NCBI GenBank assembly: GCA_038245905.1 | Contig: JBBRRY010000013.1 | Location: 1-64,000 of the forward strand | DNA length: 64,000 nucleotides | Reading direction: 5' to 3' | From: Thermoanaerobaculia bacterium | Lineage (GTDB): Bacteria; Acidobacteriota; Thermoanaerobaculia; UBA5066 | Part shown: positions 1-9,354 of the stretch, in pieces | Layout of the letters: each line of letters begins with the position of its first letter | Position numbering within the stretch: position 1 is the stretch's first letter | The notes under the pieces: generated by a model | What the model was told of the DNA's origin: nothing | What the model saw: the letters and a program-made list of their open reading frames with translations, nothing else | Database searches by the model: none | Translations under genes and position numbers: made by a program

Positions 1-258
1 AAAGCGGACGCCGTCCATATTCTCGAACGCGTACAGCGTGGCGATGTTCGGCTGGTTGAGGGAGGCGAGGAGCCGGGCCTCGCGTTCGAGACGGGCGACG
101 CGCTCGGGGTCCGAGGCGAACGCGTCCGGAAGGACCTTGATGGCCACCTCGCGGCCGAGCTTCGTGTCGTGCGCGCGCCAGACTTCGCCCATGCCTCCGG
201 CACCGAGAGGGCCAAAGATCTCGTAGGGGCCGAGCCTTATCCCGGGCGCAAGGGACAT
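1..258 (-). CDS. Hanks-type Ser/Thr protein kinase, N-terminal part (runs off window edge)
   Basis: Manual translation from ATG at 258: MSLAPGIRLGPYEIFGPLGAGGMGEVWRAHDTKLGREVAIKVLP...EREARLLASLNQPNI. Gly-rich loop and VAIK motif present. TATACT -10-like hexamer upstream. Confidence 0.93.
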   Translation of the reverse strand, partial: MSLAPGIRLGPYEIFGPLGAGGMGEVWRAHDTKLGREVAIKVLPDAFASDPERVARLEREARLLASLNQPNIATLYAFENMDGVRF

Positions 259-307
259 CGGTTGTGCAGAGTCCTGCCGGCAAGTATAGGAGGCAGCTGG
301 TCCCGGT

Positions 308-904
308 CTAGTCGATCCAGACCCTCACGTGCGCGTCGGGGGCGGTGATCTCCACGAGGTCGCCGCGTTCCGCGTGTCGGAGCTGGGCGAGGAGGGCATC
401 GACGTCGAGATTGCGGTCCGAGGTCGACACGGCGTCCACGATGCGCCAGGGGAGCTTGAGCGTCACGAGCTCGTCCGCATGATCCTTCTTTCGGACTTCG
501 AGCGTCGCGATGTCGCCCTCCTTCTTGACGTGAATCTCGGCGTCGTCGTGGATGCGCATGACGTCGGTGCCGTCCGGCTTGTCCTTGAGCTCCTGCACGA
601 TCGTCCGGATGTCGCTCGCGTCGACGGACTGGTCGAAGTGGAGATCCATCTCGCGCCGCACCTTTCCGAGCGAGGCGAAGCGCAGCGCGCCGGAGACGAA
701 GGCGTAGGGAACGGAGAAAGAGACGTTCGAGCGCCCCCCGTCCCCGGTCCGGAGGTTCTCCACCTTCATCCGGAGAAACCGGGGTCCCCGGGCGCTTCTC
801 CGGGCGTGTCCCGGGACGACCGCCGAATAGGCGAGGAGGAAGAGGGCGAACAGGAAGAGGGCGTTGACGACGGACCGGGCTTCTTTTCCGACGGGCTGTT
901 TCAC
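308..904 (-). CDS. Hypothetical secreted or membrane-anchored protein
   Basis: Within ORF 308..976. GTG at 904 is preceded by GGAGG. N-terminal hydrophobic segment, then a soluble domain ending ..VRVWID. Confidence 0.7.
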   Translation of the reverse strand: MKQPVGKEARSVVNALFLFALFLLAYSAVVPGHARRSARGPRFLRMKVENLRTGDGGRSNVSFSVPYAFVSGALRFASLGKVRREMDLHFDQSVDASDIRTIVQELKDKPDGTDVMRIHDDAEIHVKKEGDIATLEVRKKDHADELVTLKLPWRIVDAVSTSDRNLDVDALLAQLRHAERGDLVEITAPDAHVRVWID

Positions 905-988
905 GTGGGCCTCCGCCTCCAGAGACAGAAACGAGGGATCGCGGCCAAAGGTTCCCGGCGATCCCGGAATGGACATTCCACGGCGCCG

Positions 989-998
989 ATGCTAGCTT
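989..998. promoter_or_regulatory. Putative bidirectional overlapping -10 elements (TAGCTT forward, TAGCAT reverse)
   Basis: ATGCTAGCTT lies between divergent genes; two TANNNT hexamers share the central TA. Confidence 0.45.
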
Positions 999-1018
999 TT
1001 CCCAGCGGGGGACGGACA

Positions 1019-1468
1019 TTGCCTCATTTCATCCATGACACGTGTATCGGCTGCGGGGTCTGTGAGATCAAGTGCCCGACGCACACGATCACCGGCGGCA
1101 AGAACGAGAAGTTCGTGATCCACCAGGAGCGGTGCATCGACTGCTCCGTGTGCGCCGTCTACTGCCCGGTCTCCTGCATTCAGGACCAGCACGGCGAACT
1201 CGTCCAGAAGGTCAAGCCGAAAGACATCCCGAAGGCGATCGTGGACCGGGAGCTTTGCACGGCGTGTGAGTTCTGCATCGACATCTGCCCGTTCGACTGC
1301 ATCCACCTCGTGGCCGACCCGCTCGCCCCGAACTTCCACTATAAGGTGGCCGAGGTGGATGCGGCGCCGTGCGTGTCCTGCCGGCTCTGCGAAACCGTGT
1401 GCGACAAGGACGCCATCTACGTCCCGAATCCCGTCACGCAGGCCAAGCAGTACCTGCCCGTGCTTTGA
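1019..1468 (+). CDS. Polyferredoxin with four 4Fe-4S motifs
   Basis: TTG start at 1019. Motifs CIGCGVCEIKCP, CIDCSVCAVYCP, CTACEFCIDICP, CVSCRLCETVCD. Confidence 0.9.
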   Translation: MPHFIHDTCIGCGVCEIKCPTHTITGGKNEKFVIHQERCIDCSVCAVYCPVSCIQDQHGELVQKVKPKDIPKAIVDRELCTACEFCIDICPFDCIHLVADPLAPNFHYKVAEVDAAPCVSCRLCETVCDKDAIYVPNPVTQAKQYLPVL

Positions 1469-2346
1469 ACATCCCGCCGCACCCGCCGTCCGAGCCATTC
1501 GAAGAATCTTCTTCTTCCGCCACCCCGGCGGGACGCCTGCTCGTCCAGTTCTTCCTGATTCCCGCGTTCGTCGTCGGCGTCGCGGTGTTCGTCTTCTGGC
1601 TCTTCGGCGCCATCGCGGTCGACCGCAAGACCGCCGTTGAGCTCCTGTCCGACGTCAGGACGGGGAGCCGGAACCAGCGCTGGCAATCGGCCTTCGAGCT
1701 CACGAAAAAGCTTCCTGCCATGACGGACCCGAAGGAACGGGCGGCGTTTTCCGCGGCCGCGCTCCGCGCATTCGAAGGCGCCGAAAGCGACGACCCGCGG
1801 GTGAGGCGTTACCTGACGCTCGTCCTCGGACGCCTCGGGGACCCGCGCGCGGTTCCGCTCCTCGAGAAGGCGCTCGACGACAAAGACCCCGAGACGCGTC
1901 TCTACGCCCTCTGGGCGCTCGCGCTCATCGGAAATCCGTCCTCGGCGACGCGCGTCCGGCCGTTGCTCGAGTCCGAGGACGCCGGAATCCGGAAGACGGC
2001 GGCGTACGCCGCGGGCCGCATGGAAGACGGGGAGGCCGTGCCCGCGCTCCGGAAGCTGCTCGGCGATTCCGTCACGGACGTCAGGTGGAACGCGGCGCTC
2101 GCCCTCGCGACGCTCGACGACCCGGCGGGCCGCGACGTCCTCCTCGGGATGTGCGATCGCAACCGGCTGCGGACGACGCCCGGACTTTCCGCGGAGCAGC
2201 AGGAAGACGCGCTTCTCAACGGCCTCCGGGGCCTCGTCCTGCTGCACGACTCCACGGCGGCCGCGGTCGGCGGGGCGATGGCCGAGAAGGACCCGTCCCT
2301 GCGCGTGCGGCGCGAGGCGAAGAAGATCCTCGGAAACGCTCCTTGA
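1465..2346 (+). CDS. Membrane-anchored HEAT/PBS-lyase-like repeat protein
   Basis: TTG overlaps the ferredoxin stop. One TM helix (LLVQFFLIPAFVVGVAVFVFWLFG), then repeats such as DDPRVRRYLTLVLGRLGDPRAVPLL, DPETRLYALWALALIG, VTDVRWNAALAL. Confidence 0.85.
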   Translation: MNIPPHPPSEPFEESSSSATPAGRLLVQFFLIPAFVVGVAVFVFWLFGAIAVDRKTAVELLSDVRTGSRNQRWQSAFELTKKLPAMTDPKERAAFSAAALRAFEGAESDDPRVRRYLTLVLGRLGDPRAVPLLEKALDDKDPETRLYALWALALIGNPSSATRVRPLLESEDAGIRKTAAYAAGRMEDGEAVPALRKLLGDSVTDVRWNAALALATLDDPAGRDVLLGMCDRNRLRTTPGLSAEQQEDALLNGLRGLVLLHDSTAAAVGGAMAEKDPSLRVRREAKKILGNAP

Positions 2347-2362
2347 CGGAGTCCGGAATTTT

Positions 2363-2387
2363 TGAGACTTTGTCTCACGGTTTTTTT
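2363..2387. promoter_or_regulatory. Palindrome TGAGAC-TTT-GTCTCA followed by a T-run (operator or weak terminator) upstream of the Rieske gene
   Basis: Perfect 6-bp inverted repeat at 2363-2377, then CGGTTTTTTT, in an AT-rich intergenic gap. Confidence 0.35.
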
Positions 2388-2401
2388 CCGGGGGAGTGCG
2401 G

Positions 2402-2944
2402 ATGACGGAATCGGGGTCTCCGGGAGTCTCGGCTGCGGGGAGCGCGGCCGATGCCCCCACGCGCCGCGGTTTCATCAGCTGGCTCGCCGTTGGCTGGCTC
2501 GCGTTCGCCGCCGGCATCGGCGCCTTCGTGACGACGATGGCGCGCTTTCTCTTTCCGAACGTGCTCTTCGAGCCGCCCTCGTCGTTCAAGGCGGGCTTCC
2601 CGCCCGACTACCAGGTCGGCGAAGTGGACGAGCGCTGGAAAGAGAAGTACCAGATCTGGGTCGTGCGCAACACGGAGATGATCTACGCGCTGATCACCGT
2701 CTGCACGCACCTCGGCTGTATCCCGAACTGGCTCGCGGCCCAGAACAAGTTCAAGTGCCCCTGCCACGGCTCGGGCTACTACCGGTCGGGCATCAACTTC
2801 GAGGGCCCGACGCCGCGCCCGCTGGAGCGCGCGGCCATTTCCATTTCACCCGACGACGGACAGATTTTCATCGAAAAGGCCCGGAAGTTTCTCTACGAGA
2901 AGGGCCAGTGGACAGACCCTGCGGCCTTCATCAAGACGACATAG
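2402..2944 (+). CDS. qcrA: Rieske 2Fe-2S subunit of a Rieske/cytochrome b complex (QcrA/PetC-like)
   Basis: Tat-like TRRGF plus TM helix; CTHLGC and CPCHGSGY boxes; GPTPRPL. Confidence 0.95.
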   Translation: MTESGSPGVSAAGSAADAPTRRGFISWLAVGWLAFAAGIGAFVTTMARFLFPNVLFEPPSSFKAGFPPDYQVGEVDERWKEKYQIWVVRNTEMIYALITVCTHLGCIPNWLAAQNKFKCPCHGSGYYRSGINFEGPTPRPLERAAISISPDDGQIFIEKARKFLYEKGQWTDPAAFIKTT

Positions 2945-2962
2945 GAAGAGGATGAGGAAGAG

Positions 2963-2988
2963 AAAGATTTTCTTCGAAGGCAAGAGAG
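2963..2988 (+). repeat. Dispersed AT-rich motif copy (AAAGATTTTCTTCGAAGGCAAGAGAG), intergenic
   Basis: Closely similar to 20700-20729 and to copies at 8067, 9736, 9845, 23091, 60783 and 61006. Confidence 0.65.
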
Positions 2989-2995
2989 TGACGGC

Positions 2996-3790
2996 GTGAG
3001 CCTCGAGAAATCGTGGCGTCGACTGCAGCAGACGGTCGTCGAGACCCAGATCTGGAAATCGATCTTCCGCGTCGGCATCCCGAATACGAATCGCAAGCGC
3101 GTGCTCGCGATGCTCGGGAACGTCGTCCTCCACCTCCACCCTGTGAAGACCCGCAAGTCGGGCGTGAAAATGCGCTACACGTGGTGTGCGGGCGGGATGA
3201 CGTTCTTCCTCTTCCTCGTCCTCACGTTCACGGGCCTTCTTCTCATGTTCTATTACCGGCCCACGATCGAGTACGCATACGGCGACATGCTCGACCTCCG
3301 AGAGCAGGTTCCCTTCGGAATCATGCGTGAGATGCACCGCTGGGGCGCGCACGCGATGGTCATCACCGTCTGGATCCACATGTTTCGCGTGTTCATGACG
3401 GGCTCCTACAAGCCGCCGCGCGAGTTCAACTGGAACGTGGGCGTCGTCCTTCTCGTCCTGACGCTTCTCCTCTCGTTCACGGGCTATCTCCTGCCATGGG
3501 ACCAGCTCGCGATCTGGGCCATCACGGTTGGTTCGAACATGGCGCGCGCGACGCCTCTCGCGGGTTACGAGGGTCCGTTCTCCGCGCAGATCGCGGTGAA
3601 CGGCGTGAACCTCGTGACGGCGGGCAGCGACGCGCGCTTCGGGCTCCTCGGCGGGCGCATCGTGGGCGCGAACGCGCTCCTCCGGTTTTACGTCCTCCAT
3701 TGCGTCTTCATTCCGCTCATCGCCGCGTTCCTCATGGCCGTCCACTTCTGGCGCGTGAGGAAGGACGGCGGAATCTCGGGGCCCCTCTAG
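2996..3790 (+). CDS. qcrB: Cytochrome b6-like subunit (N-terminal half of split cytochrome b)
   Basis: Heme b His pairs in [18 protein letters not shown] and [10 protein letters not shown]...MAVH; GYLLPWDQ; WCAGG carries the heme ci-type Cys. Confidence 0.95.
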   Translation: MSLEKSWRRLQQTVVETQIWKSIFRVGIPNTNRKRVLAMLGNVVLHLHPVKTRKSGVKMRYTWCAGGMTFFLFLVLTFTGLLLMFYYRPTIEYAYGDMLDLREQVPFGIMREMHRWGAHAMVITVWIHMFRVFMTGSYKPPREFNWNVGVVLLVLTLLLSFTGYLLPWDQLAIWAITVGSNMARATPLAGYEGPFSAQIAVNGVNLVTAGSDARFGLLGGRIVGANALLRFYVLHCVFIPLIAAFLMAVHFWRVRKDGGISGPL

Positions 3791-3812
3791 AGCTCATGCC
3801 CGCCATCAGCCG

Positions 3813-4889
3813 ATGACAGCCATCAAGGACCTCATCAACTGGCTTGCGTCGCCCGCGATCGCGGTGACGCTTTCCATGATCGGCCTCGTTGGGGCGATGT
3901 TCTGCAAGCCGCTGTGGACGAAGAAGGGCGGGCTTCTGCTCTTCGCGACGCTCATCGGCGGGTTCTTGTTCAGCTTCACCGACCCGAACTTCCGCATCGT
4001 CGCGACGATGCCCGACAACGTGCCGATTCTCGGCATGCTGTTCCTCGTCGGCTTCTTCTTCTGGTACGCGATGTACCAGGCGCACCTCAACGACGCGCGG
4101 CTCGCGAAGGGCCTTCCGCCCCTCGAGAAGGAAGACAGCGACAAGAAAGTCTTCTCGTGGCCCGACCTCGTCTATGTCGAGCTCATCTCCGTGGTCGTGT
4201 GCTCGATCGTCATGATTCTCTGGTCGATCGTCCTGAAGGCTCCTCTCGAAGAACCCGCGAACCCCGGGGCCGCTCCGAATCCGGCGAAGGCGCCGTGGTA
4301 CTTCCTCGGCCTTCAGGAGCTGCTCGTCTACTTCGACCCGTGGATGGCGGGCGTCGTCCTTCCCACGCTGATCATCGTGGGACTCATGGCGATCCCCTAC
4401 ATCGACACGAACCCGCGTGGGAACGGCTACTTCTCCTTCCGCGAGCGGAAGTGGGAAATCGTCATGTTCTGCTTCGGATTCATCATCCTGTGGGTCGTCC
4501 TGATCATCCTCGGGACGTTCCTCCGGGGCCCGAACTGGAACTTCTTCGGGCCCTACGAATACTGGGACCCGAACAAGCTCGTTCCGCTGAACAACGTGAG
4601 CGTCTCGGAGATCTTCTGGGTGAAGTGGCTGAAGACGGCGCTTCCGACGTTTTGGTTGAAGCGTGAGCTGCCCGGCATCCTTCTCGTGCTGCTCTATATG
4701 GGGGCGCTGCCGGGTCTTCTCGGCAAGACGCTCTTCAAGCGCTTCTACGAAAAGATGGGCACGGTGCGCTTCTTCGTGGGCGTGAACCTGTTTCTCATCA
4801 TGTTCGCGGTGCCCATCAAGATGTACCTCCGGTGGATCTTCAACCTCAAGTACATCGTCAACATCCAGGAGTTCAGCTTCAACATCTAG
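3813..4889 (+). CDS. Cytochrome b subunit IV (PetD-like, with extra TM helices)
   Basis: WPDLVYVE, APLEEPANP..PNPAKAPWYFLGLQELL (PEWY-equivalent loop), IPYID; multiple TM segments. Confidence 0.9.
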   Translation: MTAIKDLINWLASPAIAVTLSMIGLVGAMFCKPLWTKKGGLLLFATLIGGFLFSFTDPNFRIVATMPDNVPILGMLFLVGFFFWYAMYQAHLNDARLAKGLPPLEKEDSDKKVFSWPDLVYVELISVVVCSIVMILWSIVLKAPLEEPANPGAAPNPAKAPWYFLGLQELLVYFDPWMAGVVLPTLIIVGLMAIPYIDTNPRGNGYFSFRERKWEIVMFCFGFIILWVVLIILGTFLRGPNWNFFGPYEYWDPNKLVPLNNVSVSEIFWVKWLKTALPTFWLKRELPGILLVLLYMGALPGLLGKTLFKRFYEKMGTVRFFVGVNLFLIMFAVPIKMYLRWIFNLKYIVNIQEFSFNI

Positions 4890-4890
4890 C

Positions 4891-7800
4891 ATGGCCAAAG
4901 CACCGCCGCCCGAACCGATCGATCACCACTACGACATCCGGAGGCTGACGAAGATCTTCGCGATCACGTCGATCCTCGTGCTGCCGGCGTTCGCGTGGAT
5001 GACGTGGCAGGATTACGGGCGCGACTGGAAATCCTGGCAGAAGAAGTTCGTCGAGAACGACCGCAAGAGAACGCGCGCCGCCCTCCGGACGGCCTCCGAG
5101 AAGATCGACCCCGAGGCCGAGGAGAAATACCTCGAGCAAAAGCGCGAGGGCGCGCGCGAGGTGCGCCGGAACCGCACGGCGTTCTCGGAGGCCGAAGACA
5201 AGGTGCGGAAGACCGAGGGCGCCTGGTACGAGGCCGACCAGGATTTCCGTTTCAAGAAGGCCGAGATGGATACGGCGCGGTACGACTTCGAGACGCGCCG
5301 GAAGGAGAGCCCGAAGTCGGCCTCCACCGCCGCCGCCCGGAAGGACTACGAGCGGCTCAAGGCGGCATACGAGAGCAGCACGGTCGCCGAACAGTCCGCG
5401 CGCGCCGCGTGGGACACCGCGAAGGCCGGGCTCCTTGCGCTCGAGAAGACCCGGAACGACGCCGAGGAAGCGCTCGCGAAGCTGGACGCCGACTACGACC
5501 GCATCCGGGCGAAGCTCGGGACGCTTCGCCAGAACGACGCGTTCTATTTCGTGCGCAACGCGCCCATCGCGGACATGCTCGCTCCGTCCCTCAAGATCCA
5601 GCAGGTGCAGCTCGACGGGCTGTACAACGACGTCAACTTCCTGAAGAGCCAGCGCGTCGACCGGTGCGTCACCTGCCACATCGCGGCCGAGACCCGGGGG
5701 TTCGAGGACAAGGAGAAGTACCCCGAGTCCGTACTGAGGACGCACCCGCGCCTCGACCTCTTCGTCGACTCCAACTCGCCGCACCCGTACGCGACGTTTG
5801 GCTGCACGTCGTGCCACGGCGGACGCGACCGCGCGACCGACTTCACGCGCGCGGGCCACATGCCGAACGACTACGGGCGCTACGAAAAGCTCGCCGCCGA
5901 GCTCCACGAGGGGCGCGACGAGAAGGGGTTTCCGGTCGACGACGACGTCGTGAAGGAAGCCATGGACGAGACGCAGGCGGGCCGCTGGACGAAGGAGTAC
6001 GACTGGGAGGTCGACAAGTACAACGACCTGCCGATGTACCCGATGAAGGCCGTGGAGGCCGGTTGCTTCCGCTGCCACAAGACCGATGCGGGGCACCCGA
6101 AGGCCGCGAAGCTCGATCAGGGCCGCAAGCTCATCGAGCAGCTTGGCTGCTGGAGCTGCCACAAGATGAAGGGCCTCGAGGAGCTGCCGCGCATCGGGCC
6201 GAACCTCTCGCGCGTCGCCTCGAAGACGACGCGCGAGTGGACGGCGCGATGGCTCGTCAACCCGCGGGCCTTTCGCAACAACACGAAGATGCCCCGCTTC
6301 TTCTACCTCGAGAATTTCGAAAGCGAGGCCGGGCACCGGCTCACGGACACGATGGTCGCGGGCGTCACGGCCTATCTCTTCGAGAAGTCCGGAAAGACGG
6401 AGTGGCCGGCGGTCGCGAAGGGGGACGCCGCCCGGGGCCAGCAGCTCTTCGAGAACGTGGGCTGTCAGGGCTGTCACGTGTCGGAGGTGGGCGCCGAACG
6501 ACATGTGATGGACGGCTGGCGCCAGCACGGTCCGAACCTGATCGGGCTCTCCCAGAAGGTGTCGCCGGAGTGGCTCGCGGCCTGGCTGAAGAACCCGAAG
6601 GCCTACAACGCCGAGACGCGGATGCCGAACCTGCGCCTCCAGGACGACGAGATCGCGGATCTCGTGGCCTATCTCATGGCGCGGCCGGCGCAGCCCGAGT
6701 TCCAGCGCAGCCACGCGCCGAAGGCCGACGAGAAAGAGCGCGACGCACTCGTATACGACTACCTCACGCAGACGAAATCCGTCGTGGAGGCGAAAGCCGA
6801 TGTCCTGAAGATGACGCCTCGCGAGAAGGACCTCTTCGTGGGCGAGAAAATCATCGCGCACTACGGGTGCTATGCCTGCCACGCGATTCCGGGATTCGAG
6901 AAGGCAAAGCCGATCGGTGTCGAGCTGTCCGAGTGGGGCAACAAGCCCGTTCATCTCCTCGACTTCGGTTTCCTCCACCTGCCCCACACGCGCGCCGACT
7001 GGTTCCAACAGAAGGCGGGTGAGCCGCGTTCCTTCGATCGCGAGAAGGTGAAGTCGTTCCAGGAGAAGTCGCGCATGCCGCAGTTCTCCCTCTCGCCGGC
7101 GGAGATCGAAGCCGTGGAGACCGCGGTCCTCGGGATGCAGAAGGACGACATGGCCGACGCGCTCAAGGTGGAAGCCACGGGCCCCCGCGCGGCGGTCGAG
7201 GCCGGACGCCGCATCGTGAAGGATTACAACTGCCAGGGCTGCCATATTCTCGAGGACAAGGGCGGGCAGATCCGCGAGGCGCTGACGGCGAACAAGATCG
7301 ACCTCGCGCTCGCGCCGCCCAACATCAAAGGCGAAGGCGCCAAGGTGCAGAGCGACTGGCTCTTCTCCTTCCTGCATGCCCCGCGTTCGGGCCAAATCCG
7401 GCCGTGGTTGAAGGTGCGGATGCCGACGTTCCCATTCAACCCGGACCAGCTCAACGCGCTGACGTCGTATTTTGCGTTGCTCGACAAGGCGCGCTACCCG
7501 TTCGAGGACCGTGTCGAGGGACTCGACGAGCGTTCCCGCACGGCGGGGGCGAAGACGTTCGAGGCGCTCAAGTGCGCCCAGTGCCACCCGACGTCCGAGG
7601 ACGCGTTCGCGCTCGCGATCAAGGCGGGCAAGACTCCGGCGGACCTCGCACCCATTCTCGCGGCCGCGCACAACCGGCTCCGGTACGAGTGGGTCGCGGA
7701 CTGGATCAAGCGGCCAGAGGAGTGGATGCCGGGCACGCGGATGCCCACGAACTTCCCGAAGATGGACGACGGTCCGGGCAAGCCCGAGAAGCGCATCTCG

Positions 7801-8016
7801 CCGCTCGCCCCCGCCCTCGATTCTCCGGCGTTCGCAGGTTTCAAGAAGGATCTCGTCGCGATCTGGGGTTCCGAGGCGGAGGCGAAGGCCTACATCAGCG
7901 ATCCCGACCGCGTCACGAAGGCGCTCCGCGACCACGTCTGGTCGCTCGGCAACGACTTCCTGACGGTGCCCCAGGCGCCGAAAAAGCGGGCGACGACTGT
8001 CGTCGCGTCGCACTGA
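4891..8016 (+). CDS. Membrane-anchored octaheme c-type cytochrome
   Basis: Eight CxxCH motifs: CVTCH, CTSCH, CFRCH, CWSCH, CQGCH, CYACH, CQGCH, CAQCH. N-terminal TM and a long coiled-coil-like segment. Confidence 0.93.
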   Translation: MAKAPPPEPIDHHYDIRRLTKIFAITSILVLPAFAWMTWQDYGRDWKSWQKKFVENDRKRTRAALRTASEKIDPEAEEKYLEQKREGAREVRRNRTAFSEAEDKVRKTEGAWYEADQDFRFKKAEMDTARYDFETRRKESPKSASTAAARKDYERLKAAYESSTVAEQSARAAWDTAKAGLLALEKTRNDAEEALAKLDADYDRIRAKLGTLRQNDAFYFVRNAPIADMLAPSLKIQQVQLDGLYNDVNFLKSQRVDRCVTCHIAAETRGFEDKEKYPESVLRTHPRLDLFVDSNSPHPYATFGCTSCHGGRDRATDFTRAGHMPNDYGRYEKLAAELHEGRDEKGFPVDDDVVKEAMDETQAGRWTKEYDWEVDKYNDLPMYPMKAVEAGCFRCHKTDAGHPKAAKLDQGRKLIEQLGCWSCHKMKGLEELPRIGPNLSRVASKTTREWTARWLVNPRAFRNNTKMPRFFYLENFESEAGHRLTDTMVAGVTAYLFEKSGKTEWPAVAKGDAARGQQLFENVGCQGCHVSEVGAERHVMDGWRQHGPNLIGLSQKVSPEWLAAWLKNPKAYNAETRMPNLRLQDDEIADLVAYLMARPAQPEFQRSHAPKADEKERDALVYDYLTQTKSVVEAKADVLKMTPREKDLFVGEKIIAHYGCYACHAIPGFEKAKPIGVELSEWGNKPVHLLDFGFLHLPHTRADWFQQKAGEPRSFDREKVKSFQEKSRMPQFSLSPAEIEAVETAVLGMQKDDMADALKVEATGPRAAVEAGRRIVKDYNCQGCHILEDKGGQIREALTANKIDLALAPPNIKGEGAKVQSDWLFSFLHAPRSGQIRPWLKVRMPTFPFNPDQLNALTSYFALLDKARYPFEDRVEGLDERSRTAGAKTFEALKCAQCHPTSEDAFALAIKAGKTPADLAPILAAAHNRLRYEWVADWIKRPEEWMPGTRMPTNFPKMDDGPGKPEKRISPLAPALDSPAFAGFKKDLVAIWGSEAEAKAYISDPDRVTKALRDHVWSLGNDFLTVPQAPKKRATTVVASH

Positions 8017-8028
8017 ATAGGAAGACCC

Positions 8029-8793
8029 GTGCGCTTCGTGCACGCGTCACTGCTTCTCGGATCGTTATTTTTTTTCTTAGAAGGAAAAAGGGGAGAAGCG
8101 GATGCTCCCTCTTCACCTTTTAGGAAATCCTCCAGCGCCGCTGCCCCCGCTGCGAAGCAGGAGGCAAGAGACGGGGTCTTCGGCAAAGTCTCTCTCTCCG
8201 GTCCCGTCCCGAAGCTCGCGGCTCGGCCCGTGAACGCGGACGCCGCCGTGTGCGGGCGCACCGACCGCCCAAGCCCGTCGCTCGTCCTCTCGAAGGACAA
8301 GGGCCTCGCGAACGCCGTCGTGTGGCTGGAAGGAGCGAAGGGCCTCGCGCCGCCGAAGGGCCCGTTCCGGCTCGACCAGAAGAACTGCCTCTTCGCGCCT
8401 TACGTGCAGATCGTGTCGAAGGGCGCGCCGGTCGTGTTCGGCAACTCCGACGCGGTCCTACACAACGTCCATGCCGCCACGGCGGGCTCGGCGCTGATCT
8501 TCAACAAGGCGATCCCGACCAAGGGACAGACGTTCACGGAGACGTTCACCGAACCGGGTCTCGTGCGCGTGAAGTGCGACATCCACACGTGGATGACGGC
8601 ATGGCTGTTCGTGGCCGACACGCCGTACGCGGCGGTGACCGACGCGGAGGGCCGCTACGCGTTTCACGGCGTTTCGCAGGGCACCTACCCGCTCCACGCG
8701 TGGCACGAGCTCCTGGGCGAGAAGATCCGGTCCGTCGTCGTGCCCGCGAACGGCGTCGCGCGGGCCGACGTCACGCTGTCACTGGCGGATTGA
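8029..8793 (+). CDS. Secreted cupredoxin-like / carboxypeptidase-regulatory-like domain protein (putative type-1 Cu site)
   Basis: Signal peptide; DQKNCLFAP, LHNVH, KCDIHTWM; AVTDAEGRYAFHGVSQGTYPLHAWHE. Confidence 0.8.
   Translation: MRFVHASLLLGSLFFFLEGKRGEADAPSSPFRKSSSAAAPAAKQEARDGVFGKVSLSGPVPKLAARPVNADAAVCGRTDRPSPSLVLSKDKGLANAVVWLEGAKGLAPPKGPFRLDQKNCLFAPYVQIVSKGAPVVFGNSDAVLHNVHAATAGSALIFNKAIPTKGQTFTETFTEPGLVRVKCDIHTWMTAWLFVADTPYAAVTDAEGRYAFHGVSQGTYPLHAWHELLGEKIRSVVVPANGVARADVTLSLAD
8067..8133. repeat. Convergent pair of dispersed AT-rich motif copies inside a CDS
   Basis: TTTTTTTCTTAGAAGGAAAAAG (+) and GGAGGATTTCCTAAAAGGTGAAGAGGG (-). Confidence 0.6.
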
Positions 8794-9354
8794 CCGGCTG
8801 AATTCCGCGACGAAGGAGCGGGCTTCCGGCTTGCTCCAGTCGGCCGCTCCCACGAGCTGCTTCACGATCTCGCCGGACGGCGCGATGAAGAACGTTTCGG
8901 GATACCCGGTCACGCCGTAGCGGCCGGCAATCGTGCCCTTCGGGTCCAGGGCGACCGGCAGGCCCGCGATTCCGTGGTCCTTCAGCCACGTGTCGACGAC
9001 GTTCCAATCCTCGTCCACCGAGACGGCCAGGAAGTCGACGCGCGTGTCGCCCTTTATGTCGGCGACGAATTTCACGAGCTCGGGCATCTCGGCGCGGCAG
9101 GGAGCGCACCACGTCGCCCAGAAGTGCAGGATCAGCCCCTTGCCGGCCTGTGCGGCGAGATCGCGGCGGGCGCCGTTCCTTTCGAGGACGAGTTGCGGCC
9201 CCGCGGGAACGGTGCGCTTCGCGGCGGTCGCCTGCGCCCGGCCGGGCACGGGTGTGGCCGGCTGAATCAGCGCATCCTTCGCGAAGAAGGCGGCCACCGC
9301 GGCCGCGAGAGCCGCAGCGACGAGGACGGCGGTCGTGCGCTTCGAGTCGCTCAT
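8779..9354 (-). CDS. TlpA/ResA-family thiol:disulfide oxidoreductase
   Basis: N-terminal anchor; HFWATWCAPCRAEMP; GYPETFFI. Confidence 0.92.
   Translation of the reverse strand: MSDSKRTTAVLVAAALAAAVAAFFAKDALIQPATPVPGRAQATAAKRTVPAGPQLVLERNGARRDLAAQAGKGLILHFWATWCAPCRAEMPELVKFVADIKGDTRVDFLAVSVDEDWNVVDTWLKDHGIAGLPVALDPKGTIAGRYGVTGYPETFFIAPSGEIVKQLVGAADWSKPEARSFVAEFSRSIRQ

Noticed and set aside
4879-8043. 1054-aa antisense ORF, and similar long shadow ORFs (e.g. 38660-42232, 14452-16017, 27827-29530)
   Set aside because: They mirror well-supported genes on the opposite strand, lack motifs, and are expected in high-GC DNA.
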